A DNA stretch of 64,000 nt from Bacillota bacterium (GCA_023412005.1 JAEYOE010000012.1:324693-388692); one strand, 5' to 3'; counted from the stretch's first letter, positions 20,331 to 29,768 are shown. The notes: generated by a model not told the origin, from the sequence alone. Made by a program: numbers and translations.

Positions 20331-21374
20331 ATGAAAAGAATCACAGTGGTTGCGATGGTGCTGCTGATGCCGTTATTGTTTGGCTGCCAATCCGCCCAAG
20401 TCTATAAGAACGACGACGGTGTTATTAAGATTGGATTTATGACGGATACGATGACGGTGGAGAGATGGGCCAGAGACAGGGACATTTTCGTCAAAAAGGC
20501 GGAAGAACTCGGAGCCACCGTGACTGTTCAAAACGCCTACGAAGACAGTGAACGTCAAAAGAAAATCGGAAAAGAAATGATCGATGAGGGCGTGGATGTT
20601 TTGGTGGTGGTTGCATACGATAAAGATTCGCTGTCGGATTTGGTGAAGTACGCTCAAAGTCAAAACGTTAAATTCATTGCGTACGACAGGCTGATCATGA
20701 ATGCCAATGTGGATCTTTACATTTCGTTCAACAATTACTCGGTGGGCCAGCTTATGGCGCAAAAGGCGGTGGAAAATGTTCCGAAGGGCAACTATCTGAT
20801 TCTTAACGGCCCTGAAACCGATAACAATGTCTCGATGATCAACAGCGCCTGCAGCGAGGTATTGGACCCGTATGTCAATGCCGGTGATATTAAAATAGTG
20901 GGCAAAACGTTTATCGATGCATGGCGCGATGAGGTGGCCTATGAATATGTCAGTGAGAAAATTGGCGAGGGGGTACACATTGACGCAATTATAGCGGGGG
21001 ATGACAGACTTGCGGAAGGTGCCATCAACGCGTTAAGTGAAAACCGGTTGGCCGGCAGTGTGTATGTAACCGGGCAGGATGCAGAGCTTGGGGCGTGCCA
21101 GCGGATAGTGGAAGGAACGCAGCATATGACGGTGTATAAGCCGATTGGTGTGCTGGCAGAGGGGGCCGCTGAGATTGCCGTAAAAATGGCATTAGGCGAA
21201 AAACTATCGAATGCGGGCACAATTAACGACGGGACGTATGATGTGCCGTATATCGTATACGAACCCACACCGGTGACGCGTGAAAACATCAACGATGAGA
21301 TCATCAAAGGCGGGTTTTACACAATTGAGCAAGTGTACAAGAACGTGACCGACAAAAGCTTGTGGCCAAAATAA
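20331..21374 (+). CDS. D-xylose-binding lipoprotein, XylF/XylFII-like
   Basis: Colinear with E. coli XylF (ERWxxDRDIFVKKAE, GVDVLV, AYDRLI, YISFNN, GQDAELxxxQRIxxGTQxMTVYKPI). Lipobox LLFGC. Confidence 0.9.
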   Translation: MKRITVVAMVLLMPLLFGCQSAQVYKNDDGVIKIGFMTDTMTVERWARDRDIFVKKAEELGATVTVQNAYEDSERQKKIGKEMIDEGVDVLVVVAYDKDSLSDLVKYAQSQNVKFIAYDRLIMNANVDLYISFNNYSVGQLMAQKAVENVPKGNYLILNGPETDNNVSMINSACSEVLDPYVNAGDIKIVGKTFIDAWRDEVAYEYVSEKIGEGVHIDAIIAGDDRLAEGAINALSENRLAGSVYVTGQDAELGACQRIVEGTQHMTVYKPIGVLAEGAAEIAVKMALGEKLSNAGTINDGTYDVPYIVYEPTPVTRENINDEIIKGGFYTIEQVYKNVTDKSLWPK

Positions 21375-21419
21375 AAAACAGCAGGCCGATACTCAAATCG
21401 TGTCGAGCCTGCTTTTTTG
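21374..21419. terminator. Bidirectional terminator between the XylF-like and LacI-fusion genes
   Basis: AAAAAAC-AGCAGGC...GCCTGCT-TTTTTT, with an A-run on one side and a T-run on the other. Confidence 0.75.
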
Positions 21420-21425
21420 TACCGT

Positions 21426-23666
21426 TTAATGAGAAACCAATGCGGTCAGATCTTTATGAAGTGCCGACATCGCTGTATCGGTTGGTGTGTTATGCTGCAA
21501 AATATCCATGATGTGCTTGTAGATCAGCGCTTCAATTACGTTAACCGGCACCAATGAGCCATCCGGCTTGCGGACGGATTTACGCTGAACATTGCCGGGA
21601 TACGATTTGTATATCAGCGGCAGCCACGGGTAGTGATTGGCCAGTTCGTCGTTTGTGTAAACGTTCTTCAAAGGAGACTGACCATCGAGAATTGTGAAGT
21701 ATTTGCTCATATCCGAATCGCACGTCCACGCAATAAACTCAAGAGCTGCCGAAGGGTCTTGATTGGTGGAAGGCACCGCCAGACCCCAACTGCCGAGCAC
21801 AGAATGGTTTCCGGGCAGATTGGCATAGCCGATTTTACCGATGATCTTCGATTTTGCAATGTTGTTGACATCCGCAATAAACGCCGCGAAACTCACCAAC
21901 ATCGCGATCTTTCCGAGATAAAAATCCTCGACGGTTTTTTCGACGTTATAGGAAAGCGTTTGAGGCGGCGCATATTTGAATGCCTCGACAAGGCTGTTGA
22001 CACTCTTTTTGAATGCTGACGTGGTGACGAGCGGGTTCCCGTCGTCATCGAACACGCAGGTGTTATAAGCCCACACGCGTGAGAGCAGCTCGGGCAGCAG
22101 ATGCGCGTTGTTGCGCGCCGAGAAGGCGGTTCCGTAATCCACCGGAGACAGCGGGTTGATTGATTTCGTAAAAAAGCTGCTGATGACATTGAACTCAAAC
22201 CAGGTTCTCGGCACACGAAGCTTCGTTCCGTATTTTTTTTCAAACAGCTCACACAGCCTCGGGTTTTCAAACAAATCACGGCGATAGAGCAAAAATTGCG
22301 GCCCAAACAGAAACGGTATACCGAAGTAACGGCCGTCTGTCTTACCGACTTTCTCCGCAAGACCGTCAAGAAAAACGGATTTGTCGATAAAGCTTGACTT
22401 GATATGATCGCTGATATCCATTAGAACATTCTCTTCCACCAGAATATCCAGCCATGGGTTATCATACATACACACATCAAAGCCCGAAAGATAATCTTTA
22501 TCCATGAGCCTTGAAAGCAGTTCGCCGTGCTCGCATAAAGTCACATCCACGTCTATTCCGGTTTTTCGCGTAAAGACGGAATGGGTGCGGATAATACCAT
22601 GCGCATTGGGCGAATCGAGAAACAGAACGCGCAGTGTTTTTTCAATTGGTTTGCGCGGGCTGACCGGTGCCTTGCTCGCTTCGAAAAGATTCTTGCCTAT
22701 GATTTTGTCGTTGAGTATGATCTGCTGTTTCTCGAACATTAACGGGCTGTCGATATTGTTGAGCATCAGTTTTGCGGCCTTTGTCCCTAAATAATAGGCC
22801 GGCCGCATGGTGAATATAATGTTGTTATATTTTAGTATGCTCGACAGCGTTTCCTGACCGATTGACACCATAACCATGTCATCATACAGCGAAATTCCGG
22901 CGAGATAGGCCGCCTGCTCCAAACCGTTGGTTAGCAGCTGAGATGTGGATATGACGGCCTGCGGCGAATAATCCTGAAAAAGAGATATGCCGGTACGAAA
23001 GGCCTCTTCTTTGGTCATATTGATGTGACGAATCAGATTGGGGTCAGTCTCAATATGGCGTTCATGAAAGAAGTCGCGGTAGGCCTTTGCATACTTTTGT
23101 TCACAGGAGAAGTGCTCCTGCCCGGCCACCAGTGCAATTTTGGTGCAACCGTTGTCATACAACTGGTTTAACAGGTAAGTCATTGTTTCATACTGGTTGA
23201 AGGAAACGTAATTCGAATCGTATGACGTGACTTTTCTGTCGATGAAAAGCATAGGGATGTCGGTTAAGTTGTCGTAAAAAGCGTGCTCTTTCAGACAAGA
23301 CATGATAATAAGCCCGCCGACGTTTTTCCTTAATAGGTTGTTCACAATGGCTGTTTCGGTCTCGGGGACATCACCGGTCAGTGAAAGATTGACATAATAG
23401 CCGGCTTTTTTAAACTCGGCTTCAATGCCTTCAAAGATATAGCTGTAATAGTGCTCGGACGTGTTCGGCAGCACAACACCAATTTCCATATTGCTGTTGG
23501 AACGAAGATTTTTTGCGTATGGATTGGGTCTGTAATTCAGCTCGTCGATCGCTGCTTTAATCTTGTCGGCTGTATCAGCCATCACATGCTTGGCTCCGGT
23601 TAAGTAATTGGATACAGTGCCGACAGAAACCCCGGCGAATTTTGCCACATCTTTTATTGTGCTCAT
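21426..23666 (-). CDS. LacI-family regulator fused to an extra family-1 solute-binding-protein domain (746 aa)
   Basis: HTH MSTIKDVAKFAGVSVGTVSNYLTG, then a LacI-type PBP core to about aa 330. From about aa 345 there are SBP_bac_1-like motifs (LLYRRDLFENP, PRTWFEF, LGSWGLAVPSTNQDPSAALEFIAW). No signal peptide or TM helix. Confidence 0.85.
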   Translation of the reverse strand: MSTIKDVAKFAGVSVGTVSNYLTGAKHVMADTADKIKAAIDELNYRPNPYAKNLRSNSNMEIGVVLPNTSEHYYSYIFEGIEAEFKKAGYYVNLSLTGDVPETETAIVNNLLRKNVGGLIIMSCLKEHAFYDNLTDIPMLFIDRKVTSYDSNYVSFNQYETMTYLLNQLYDNGCTKIALVAGQEHFSCEQKYAKAYRDFFHERHIETDPNLIRHINMTKEEAFRTGISLFQDYSPQAVISTSQLLTNGLEQAAYLAGISLYDDMVMVSIGQETLSSILKYNNIIFTMRPAYYLGTKAAKLMLNNIDSPLMFEKQQIILNDKIIGKNLFEASKAPVSPRKPIEKTLRVLFLDSPNAHGIIRTHSVFTRKTGIDVDVTLCEHGELLSRLMDKDYLSGFDVCMYDNPWLDILVEENVLMDISDHIKSSFIDKSVFLDGLAEKVGKTDGRYFGIPFLFGPQFLLYRRDLFENPRLCELFEKKYGTKLRVPRTWFEFNVISSFFTKSINPLSPVDYGTAFSARNNAHLLPELLSRVWAYNTCVFDDDGNPLVTTSAFKKSVNSLVEAFKYAPPQTLSYNVEKTVEDFYLGKIAMLVSFAAFIADVNNIAKSKIIGKIGYANLPGNHSVLGSWGLAVPSTNQDPSAALEFIAWTCDSDMSKYFTILDGQSPLKNVYTNDELANHYPWLPLIYKSYPGNVQRKSVRKPDGSLVPVNVIEALIYKHIMDILQHNTPTDTAMSALHKDLTALVSH

Positions 23667-23732
23667 TGTACTCCGCCTCTGATAAATTCAATACATTATA
23701 AAATATAAAAAAACAAAAATCAACAGATTTAA

Positions 23733-23744
23733 TGAAACGTTTCA
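23733..23744. promoter_or_regulatory. Candidate LacI-type operator O1, TGAAACGTTTCA
   Basis: Perfect 12-bp palindrome with the AAACGTTT core used by the PurR/RbsR-type LacI subfamily. It lies about 70 bp upstream of the regulator start. Confidence 0.55.
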
Positions 23745-23797
23745 AAAATAATCTTATTAATAGATAATAAGCAATACAAACGCGAAAATTGTCTGGA

Positions 23798-23811
23798 TTG
23801 AAACGATTCAA
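23798..23811. promoter_or_regulatory. Candidate LacI-type operator O2, TTGAAACGATTCAA
   Basis: Imperfect palindrome (TTGAA/TTCAA arms) 22 bp upstream of the -35 element of the ABC operon promoter. Confidence 0.45.
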
Positions 23812-23832
23812 AAGAAATTTAAATGAATACAA

Positions 23833-23860
23833 TTGACTTTTTTTCTGGATGCTTTATAAT
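23833..23860 (+). promoter_or_regulatory. Sigma-A-type promoter of the ABC / rare-sugar operon
   Basis: TTGACT-16 nt-TATAAT. Confidence 0.6.
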
Positions 23861-23963
23861 TTGTTTAGCAATAAAGAATATCAAAATGATGCAAATGCCA
23901 TTACAGCAGAAATACTGAACTTAATACAAATTAGATTTTCGATGAGACGAAAGGATAACAATC

Positions 23964-25454
23964 GTGGCTGAAGTATTGCTTGAAATGACCGGTATTCAAA
24001 AGTACTTTCCAGGTGTTCACGCATTGGACAACGCTGCTCTTTGTGTGAACAAAGGTGAGGTGCATGCACTCGTGGGAGAAAACGGGGCAGGCAAATCAAC
24101 GCTGATGAAGGTGCTGTCGGGTATTTATAAAAAGGACGGCGGCTCGATCAAATTCCGGGGCAACGAGGTAGAGCCGACAGACCCAAGACACGCTCAGACG
24201 CTCGGCATAGGTATTATTCATCAGGAACTGAATCTGATGCCGCATCTGACGGTTGCTCAAAACATCTTTATCGGCAAGGAACCGACAAAGGGACTGTTTA
24301 TTGACCAAGGCTCTGAAAACAAGCAAGCCAAGGAGATGCTTTCGGCACTGAACATAGACATTGACCCGTCTATTAAAGCCGGCAGGCTGACGGTGGCGAT
24401 GCAGCAGATGGTTGAAATCGCCAAAGCGCTCTCGTATAACAGCGAGCTGTTGATTATGGATGAGCCGACAGCGGCATTAACCGAAAGTGAAATTCAGGAG
24501 CTGTTTAAAGTCATCCGCGACTTGCGGGATAAAGGACACGGCATCATCTATATTTCACATCGTTTGGATGAACTGCCGCAAATCAGCGACCGTATTACCG
24601 TTATGCGTGATGGCCAATATGTAGGCACTGAGGAAACCAAGGCGGTGACCAAGGAAAAAATCATCAGCATGATGGTGGGACGCACGATTTATGAAAAGCC
24701 CAAATCGCACAGCACGGTTGAGGCAGATGCGCCCGTTGTTTTAAAAGTTGAAAACTTAATAGCCAATAACGTCAAAGATGTTTCGTTTGAGCTTAGAAAA
24801 GGCGAAATACTTGGGTTTGCTGGGTTAATGGGTGCGGGGCGCACTGAGACCATGCGCGCTCTGTTTGGGGCTGACCCCACAGTAAGCGGAAACGTTTATG
24901 TCGATGGAAAGAAAGTCCACATCAAATCGCCGAACGATGCGATATCACACGGTATCTGCTATTTATCCGAAGACAGAAAAGCCTTTGGTCTCACAGTTGG
25001 GTTAAGCGTAAGAGACAACTGCGTGTTGGCGTCTATGGACGAATTTATGAGGGGCCCTTTTACGAATGATAAAAAGATCGACGCAATAACGGAAGAATAC
25101 ATAAAAAAGATTGATATTAAGACGCCGTCGGGCAAACAGCTGGTCAGGAACTTATCCGGCGGCAATCAGCAAAAGATCGTTATAGCCAAATGGCTTATCA
25201 GAAACAGCGATATTCTGATATTCGACGAGCCAACGCGCGGCATCGACGTTGGGGCCAAGCAGGAGATATACAAGCTGATGAATGCGCTGGCTTCCGAAGG
25301 AAAATCGATCATCATGATATCGTCTGAAATGCCCGAATTGCTTCGTATGAGCGACAGACTTGTTGTAATGTGTGAAGGCAGTGTCACTGGTGAACTGGAT
25401 ATCGCCGAAGTCACACAGGAAAAAATCATGACTTTAGCAACAATGAATATGTGA
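23964..25454 (+). CDS. Sugar ABC transporter ATP-binding protein (RbsA-like, duplicated ABC)
   Basis: GTG start with an AAAGGA SD. Two Walker A / LSGGNQQK signatures. Confidence 0.93.
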   Translation: MAEVLLEMTGIQKYFPGVHALDNAALCVNKGEVHALVGENGAGKSTLMKVLSGIYKKDGGSIKFRGNEVEPTDPRHAQTLGIGIIHQELNLMPHLTVAQNIFIGKEPTKGLFIDQGSENKQAKEMLSALNIDIDPSIKAGRLTVAMQQMVEIAKALSYNSELLIMDEPTAALTESEIQELFKVIRDLRDKGHGIIYISHRLDELPQISDRITVMRDGQYVGTEETKAVTKEKIISMMVGRTIYEKPKSHSTVEADAPVVLKVENLIANNVKDVSFELRKGEILGFAGLMGAGRTETMRALFGADPTVSGNVYVDGKKVHIKSPNDAISHGICYLSEDRKAFGLTVGLSVRDNCVLASMDEFMRGPFTNDKKIDAITEEYIKKIDIKTPSGKQLVRNLSGGNQQKIVIAKWLIRNSDILIFDEPTRGIDVGAKQEIYKLMNALASEGKSIIMISSEMPELLRMSDRLVVMCEGSVTGELDIAEVTQEKIMTLATMNM

Positions 25455-25463
25455 GGTTAATGT

Positions 25464-26450
25464 ATGGAAACCAAAAGTGTAGCAAAAAAAAGACTTGATT
25501 GGACAAAATTATTGGCGCCGGCTGTTCTTGTCATATTGTACATCTTTTTCTCGGCGTTCGGTAATAATTTCTTCTCGGTAGATTACTTGGTCAATATTCT
25601 CGACGGATCTTACTTCATCGGCTTTATGGCCATCGGTGTGACGTTCGTTATCATCACAGCCGGTATTGATCTTTCACTCGGCACGAATATGATGTGTGCG
25701 GCGCTGCTTGGCGGCTATGCGTTTAACAACCTTGGGTGGCCGATGGGTGCCTGCCTGCTTCTTGTTATTCTGACGGCAACCGTTATGGGCTTTTTAAACG
25801 GTATCATGGTTGCTTACCTAAAGCTGCCTCCGTTCATTGCCACATTGGGCATGATGATGATCGGTATGGGTTTTGGTGCCATTGTGACCAAGGTTCAAAC
25901 CATGAGATATCCGACATTCGGAACGCCGGAAGGCTGGTTCAAGAATGTGTTTTACAAAACGGCAGATGGCATTCCGCTCGGCGCTATCTGGCTGGCGGCG
26001 TTCATCATTATCGCATTCCTGCTGCTGAATAAAACAAAATTCGGCCGGTATACATTTGCGATCGGTTCCAACGTGGAAGCGGCGCGTCTGTCGGGTATCA
26101 AAACCCGCCCGTGGCTGACGGCAGTCTACACATTCTGCGGTTTTTGCAGCGGTCTTGCAGGCGTGATGTACGCAGCGGTGTACACCTCCATCATTCCTTC
26201 CACCGGTAACGGCCTTGAGCTTCTCGGTATCGCGGGCGTGGTTATCGGCGGGACGAGCATGAGCGGCGGCACCGGCACGCTGGTCGGCACCATTATCGGT
26301 GTGTTCATCATGAGTGTGCTCAAGCAAGGGCTTATGTCGATGGGGCTGCAGAGCCATTGGCAGACGTTCTTCACAGGTATCGTCGTTATCGCGGCTGTGC
26401 TGCTTGACCAGTACCGTATCAGAAAAGGCAATCAGGTTAAAAAGGCATAA
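25464..26450 (+). CDS. Sugar ABC transporter permease (RbsC-like)
   Basis: Polytopic membrane protein with GIDLSLG and GGTSMSGG motifs. Confidence 0.9.
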   Translation: METKSVAKKRLDWTKLLAPAVLVILYIFFSAFGNNFFSVDYLVNILDGSYFIGFMAIGVTFVIITAGIDLSLGTNMMCAALLGGYAFNNLGWPMGACLLLVILTATVMGFLNGIMVAYLKLPPFIATLGMMMIGMGFGAIVTKVQTMRYPTFGTPEGWFKNVFYKTADGIPLGAIWLAAFIIIAFLLLNKTKFGRYTFAIGSNVEAARLSGIKTRPWLTAVYTFCGFCSGLAGVMYAAVYTSIIPSTGNGLELLGIAGVVIGGTSMSGGTGTLVGTIIGVFIMSVLKQGLMSMGLQSHWQTFFTGIVVIAAVLLDQYRIRKGNQVKKA

Positions 26451-26524
26451 AGTTACCGTTTATTGGTACAATGAATGACATCCTCGGGAATTTCCCGTTG
26501 GACAATAAAGAGGAGGATATAAAC

Positions 26525-27670
26525 ATGAAAAAAGCTCTATTGATGATGCTGACATTGGCAATGGTATTGTCTCTGGTTGCGTGCGGAGCACCGCAGACGT
26601 CTCCTTCGGCCAGCGAATCCGCTCCTGCTGAATCTTCGGCAGTTGTCTCGGAAGAACCGTCGGCTGAAGCACCTGCTGCGAAGCCGTACATCGCAGTTAT
26701 CTCCAAGGGTTTCCAGCACAAGTTCTGGCAGACAGTGCTTGCTGGCGCAACCGATGCTGCTAAAAAGTATGATGTGGACATGTCGTTCGACGGACCTCCG
26801 TCCGAGTCGGATATTCAGGTTCAGGTTGACATGGTGAACGCAGCTCTTGCGAAGAACCCTGCAGCTCTGAGTCTTGCGGCTCTTGATACCGAATCCTTAA
26901 ACGAGCAGCTCAACACCTGCATCGAGAAGAAGATTCCGGTTATCGGTTTTGACTCCGGCGTTCCGAATGCTCCCGAAGGCGCTATCGTTTCCACAGCTTC
27001 CACAGATAACGAAGCTGCCGGCGCTCTCGCAGCTGAAAACATGTATGCGAAAATCAAAGACGCTGTTGCCGGTGCTTCCAAGAGCAAACCCGTTGTGATC
27101 AGCGTTATCAGCCAGGATGCAACATCTGCTTCCATCACAGGCCGTACAACCGGTTTTGTGAACAAGATGTTCGAGCTTTGTGATGCGGCTCAGTCCGGCC
27201 TTGTTGCTGTGACCGGCCATGACAAATGGGCGAAAGCTTCCAGCGGTGATGTTGCGGTTGAAATCCTTGTTTCCATCGCGGCTTCCACCAGCGTAACAGA
27301 CTGCCAGACGGCTGCTCAGGCTGTTCTTTCCAAGAACCCCATTGGCGTGTTCTGCACAAACTCCGGTTCTGTTGATGGCATGCTGGCTGCAACGACCGAC
27401 GGTTCTGACCTTGACCGTGCAAGCGGAAAATACAAGAACGTTATCGTTGTTGGTTTCGACTCCGGCGCAACGCTGCTGAATGCAATCGAAAAAGGCTGGT
27501 TCGATGGTGCTGTGACACAGGATCCGTACATGATCGGCTACTTGGCGATTGAACTCGCTGTGAAGACTCTGAACGGCGAAAAAGTTGAGCCCCTTGTTGA
27601 CACAGGCTGCAAGTACTACACAGTTGACAACATGAAAGACGAAGACATCGCGAAACTGCTGTACGAATAA
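26525..27670 (+). CDS. Sugar ABC transporter substrate-binding lipoprotein (PBP type I, RbsB-like)
   Basis: Lipobox LSLVAC. An AGGAGG SD precedes the ATG at 26525. PBP type I fold. Confidence 0.88.
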   Translation: MKKALLMMLTLAMVLSLVACGAPQTSPSASESAPAESSAVVSEEPSAEAPAAKPYIAVISKGFQHKFWQTVLAGATDAAKKYDVDMSFDGPPSESDIQVQVDMVNAALAKNPAALSLAALDTESLNEQLNTCIEKKIPVIGFDSGVPNAPEGAIVSTASTDNEAAGALAAENMYAKIKDAVAGASKSKPVVISVISQDATSASITGRTTGFVNKMFELCDAAQSGLVAVTGHDKWAKASSGDVAVEILVSIAASTSVTDCQTAAQAVLSKNPIGVFCTNSGSVDGMLAATTDGSDLDRASGKYKNVIVVGFDSGATLLNAIEKGWFDGAVTQDPYMIGYLAIELAVKTLNGEKVEPLVDTGCKYYTVDNMKDEDIAKLLYE

Positions 27671-27695
27671 GCATTTAGACAATCTAGGTAGATGG

Positions 27696-27716
27696 GGGCA
27701 GCCGTAATGGCTGCCC
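27696..27716 (+). terminator. Stem-loop after the binding-protein gene (no clear T tract)
   Basis: GGGCAGCC-GTAAT-GGCTGCCC. Confidence 0.4.
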
Positions 27717-27797
27717 TCACTGCTAATATGAAATTTTTGTGAAGAAATGAACAAAACCTGTTCGGGAATGATTTGAAAAAGGAATGGGGTTAAGAAT

Positions 27798-28244
27798 ATG
27801 TTACTAGGCATACCCAAGTTATTATCACCTGAAATTATCGCAACATTATGTGAAATGGGCCATAGTGATGTCATTGTCATCGGTGACGCAAACTTTCCGG
27901 GAAAACGCTTTGCGACAGAAGGCGGCTGCAAGTTTTTACGTGCAGACGGACTATCCGGCACAGCGCTGCTGGAAGCGATACTGTCCGTGATACCTTGCGA
28001 TACATACACAGAGCATCCCGTTAAACTGATGCAGACGATGGACTGTGACCGTGATTTGAAAATACCCATTTGGGATGAATACAAAAGCATCGTCGCGAAG
28101 CACGATTCGCGTGGCGACAAAGCCATCGGATTTGTTGACAGATTCGATTTTTATGATCAGGCAAAGCAATCATATTGTATTATTCAGTCCGGCGAAGAAG
28201 CGATTTACGCCAATGTTATGATTCAAAAGGGAGTCATCAAATAA
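27798..28244 (+). CDS. RbsD/FucU-family sugar mutarotase
   Basis: MLLGIPKLLSPEIIATLCEMGHSDVIVIGDANFP is the typical FucU/RbsD N-terminus. Confidence 0.85.
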   Translation: MLLGIPKLLSPEIIATLCEMGHSDVIVIGDANFPGKRFATEGGCKFLRADGLSGTALLEAILSVIPCDTYTEHPVKLMQTMDCDRDLKIPIWDEYKSIVAKHDSRGDKAIGFVDRFDFYDQAKQSYCIIQSGEEAIYANVMIQKGVIK

Positions 28245-29755
28245 TGGCCGGGGAGTTGTTGCTTGGTATAGATATTGGAACAAGCGGCTGCAAGATCGCA
28301 TTGTTTTCGCGGGACGGAAGCGTTATATGCTCGGATACAGAAGAGTATCCGGTTTATTATCCTGCGCCAGGGTTTGTTGAGCAGGATCCGGACGAATGGT
28401 GGGAAGCCATCTGCCGCGGCACAAAGAAGCTCATCGAGCGAAACAGCATCAATACGGCTGAAATTGCCGGTGTGGGTGTAGACGGACAAAGCTGGGCGGC
28501 GATCGCTGTAGATGAAAACGGTGATGTGCTGACCCGCAATCCGATATGGATGGATACAAGATCTGAATCAATATGCCGGGAGCTCAATGAGTCGGTGGGT
28601 GAAGATCGGCTATTTGCCGTGTCCGGCAATCCGCTAAAAGCGCAATACACAACCGGAAAGATTATTTGGTACAAGAAAAACAAACCGGATGTTTATAATA
28701 AAATTAACAAGATACTGCAGTCGAACAGCTATATCGTTTACCGAATGACCGGTGTGATGAGCCATGATATGTCACAAGGTTATGGTCTTCATTGCTTCAA
28801 CATGAAAAAGGGCACATGGGACATGCAAATGTGCAGCGCGCTCGGCATTAACAGCAGCGTATTGCCGGATCTGGCGGCATGTCACGACGTTGTGGGCACC
28901 ATAAGCAAAAGTGCCGCGGCAAAAATGGGGCTGGTTGAAGGCATTCCGGTGGTTGCGGGCGGCTTGGATGCCGCATGCGGAACACTGGGAGCCGGCGTGC
29001 TGGAGCATGGGCAAACGCAGGAGCAGGGTGGGCAGGCAGGCGGTATGAGCATCTGCCTGAAAGAATACTGTGCCGACAAACGTTTGATACTGGGCTATCA
29101 TGTGGTGCCAGATAGATGGCTGCTGCAGGGCGGTACAACGGGCGGCGGCGGCGTGATGCGCTGGTTTCACGAGCAGTTTGGGTTTGAAGAGCAGCTTAAA
29201 GCCGCGCAAACGGGCGGTTCCTCCATGGCGCTGCTCGATGAACTTGCAAATACAGTGCCTGTCGGTTCAGATGGCGTGGTGTTTTTGCCATACATGGCCG
29301 GAGAACGCTCTCCCATTTGGGATGAAAAAGCCAAAGGTGTATTCTACGGGCTGGATTATTCAAAAACGAAAGCCCATCTGACGCGTGCGTTGATGGAAGG
29401 GGCAGCTTATGCGCTGCTTCATAATATTGAAGTGGCTGAAGGTGCCGGTGCCGCTGTCGGGACGATGCGCGCCATGGGCGGTGCAGCAAACTCACGTTTC
29501 TGGACGCAGATGAAAGCGGATTTGACCGGAAGGCCGATTGAGGTTCCGGGCTCAGATACCGCAACAACCTTGGGCGCTGCTTTGCTGGCGGGCGTTGGTG
29601 TGGGCGTTTACAGCGATTTTGCCGAGGCTGTTTCCGAAACGGTTAAGGTGAAAAGAACGCACGAGCCAAACAAGCAGCTAAAAGAAGAATACAATCGCGG
29701 TTACAGCACATATTTGGCGCTTTACGCCGCGTTGAAAGATTTAATGCATCAGTAA
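28244..29755 (+). CDS. FGGY-family carbohydrate kinase (xylulokinase-like; substrate unknown)
   Basis: LGIDIGTSGCK phosphate-1 motif and FGGY C-terminal motifs. TAATG overlap with the FucU-like gene. Confidence 0.88.
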   Translation: MAGELLLGIDIGTSGCKIALFSRDGSVICSDTEEYPVYYPAPGFVEQDPDEWWEAICRGTKKLIERNSINTAEIAGVGVDGQSWAAIAVDENGDVLTRNPIWMDTRSESICRELNESVGEDRLFAVSGNPLKAQYTTGKIIWYKKNKPDVYNKINKILQSNSYIVYRMTGVMSHDMSQGYGLHCFNMKKGTWDMQMCSALGINSSVLPDLAACHDVVGTISKSAAAKMGLVEGIPVVAGGLDAACGTLGAGVLEHGQTQEQGGQAGGMSICLKEYCADKRLILGYHVVPDRWLLQGGTTGGGGVMRWFHEQFGFEEQLKAAQTGGSSMALLDELANTVPVGSDGVVFLPYMAGERSPIWDEKAKGVFYGLDYSKTKAHLTRALMEGAAYALLHNIEVAEGAGAAVGTMRAMGGAANSRFWTQMKADLTGRPIEVPGSDTATTLGAALLAGVGVGVYSDFAEAVSETVKVKRTHEPNKQLKEEYNRGYSTYLALYAALKDLMHQ

Positions 29756-29768
29756 AGGAAAAATAGAA

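Noticed and set aside
26897-28126. 409-aa ORF on the minus strand. Other long antisense ORFs occur at 37931-39031, 10146-11024, 47960-48901, 45154-45810, 1458-2135 and 20373-20978.
   Set aside because: Each lies wholly antisense to a well-supported gene with clear family motifs. Each has a low-complexity or Arg/Ser/Cys-rich translation, no SD and no recognisable domain. They are shadow frames.
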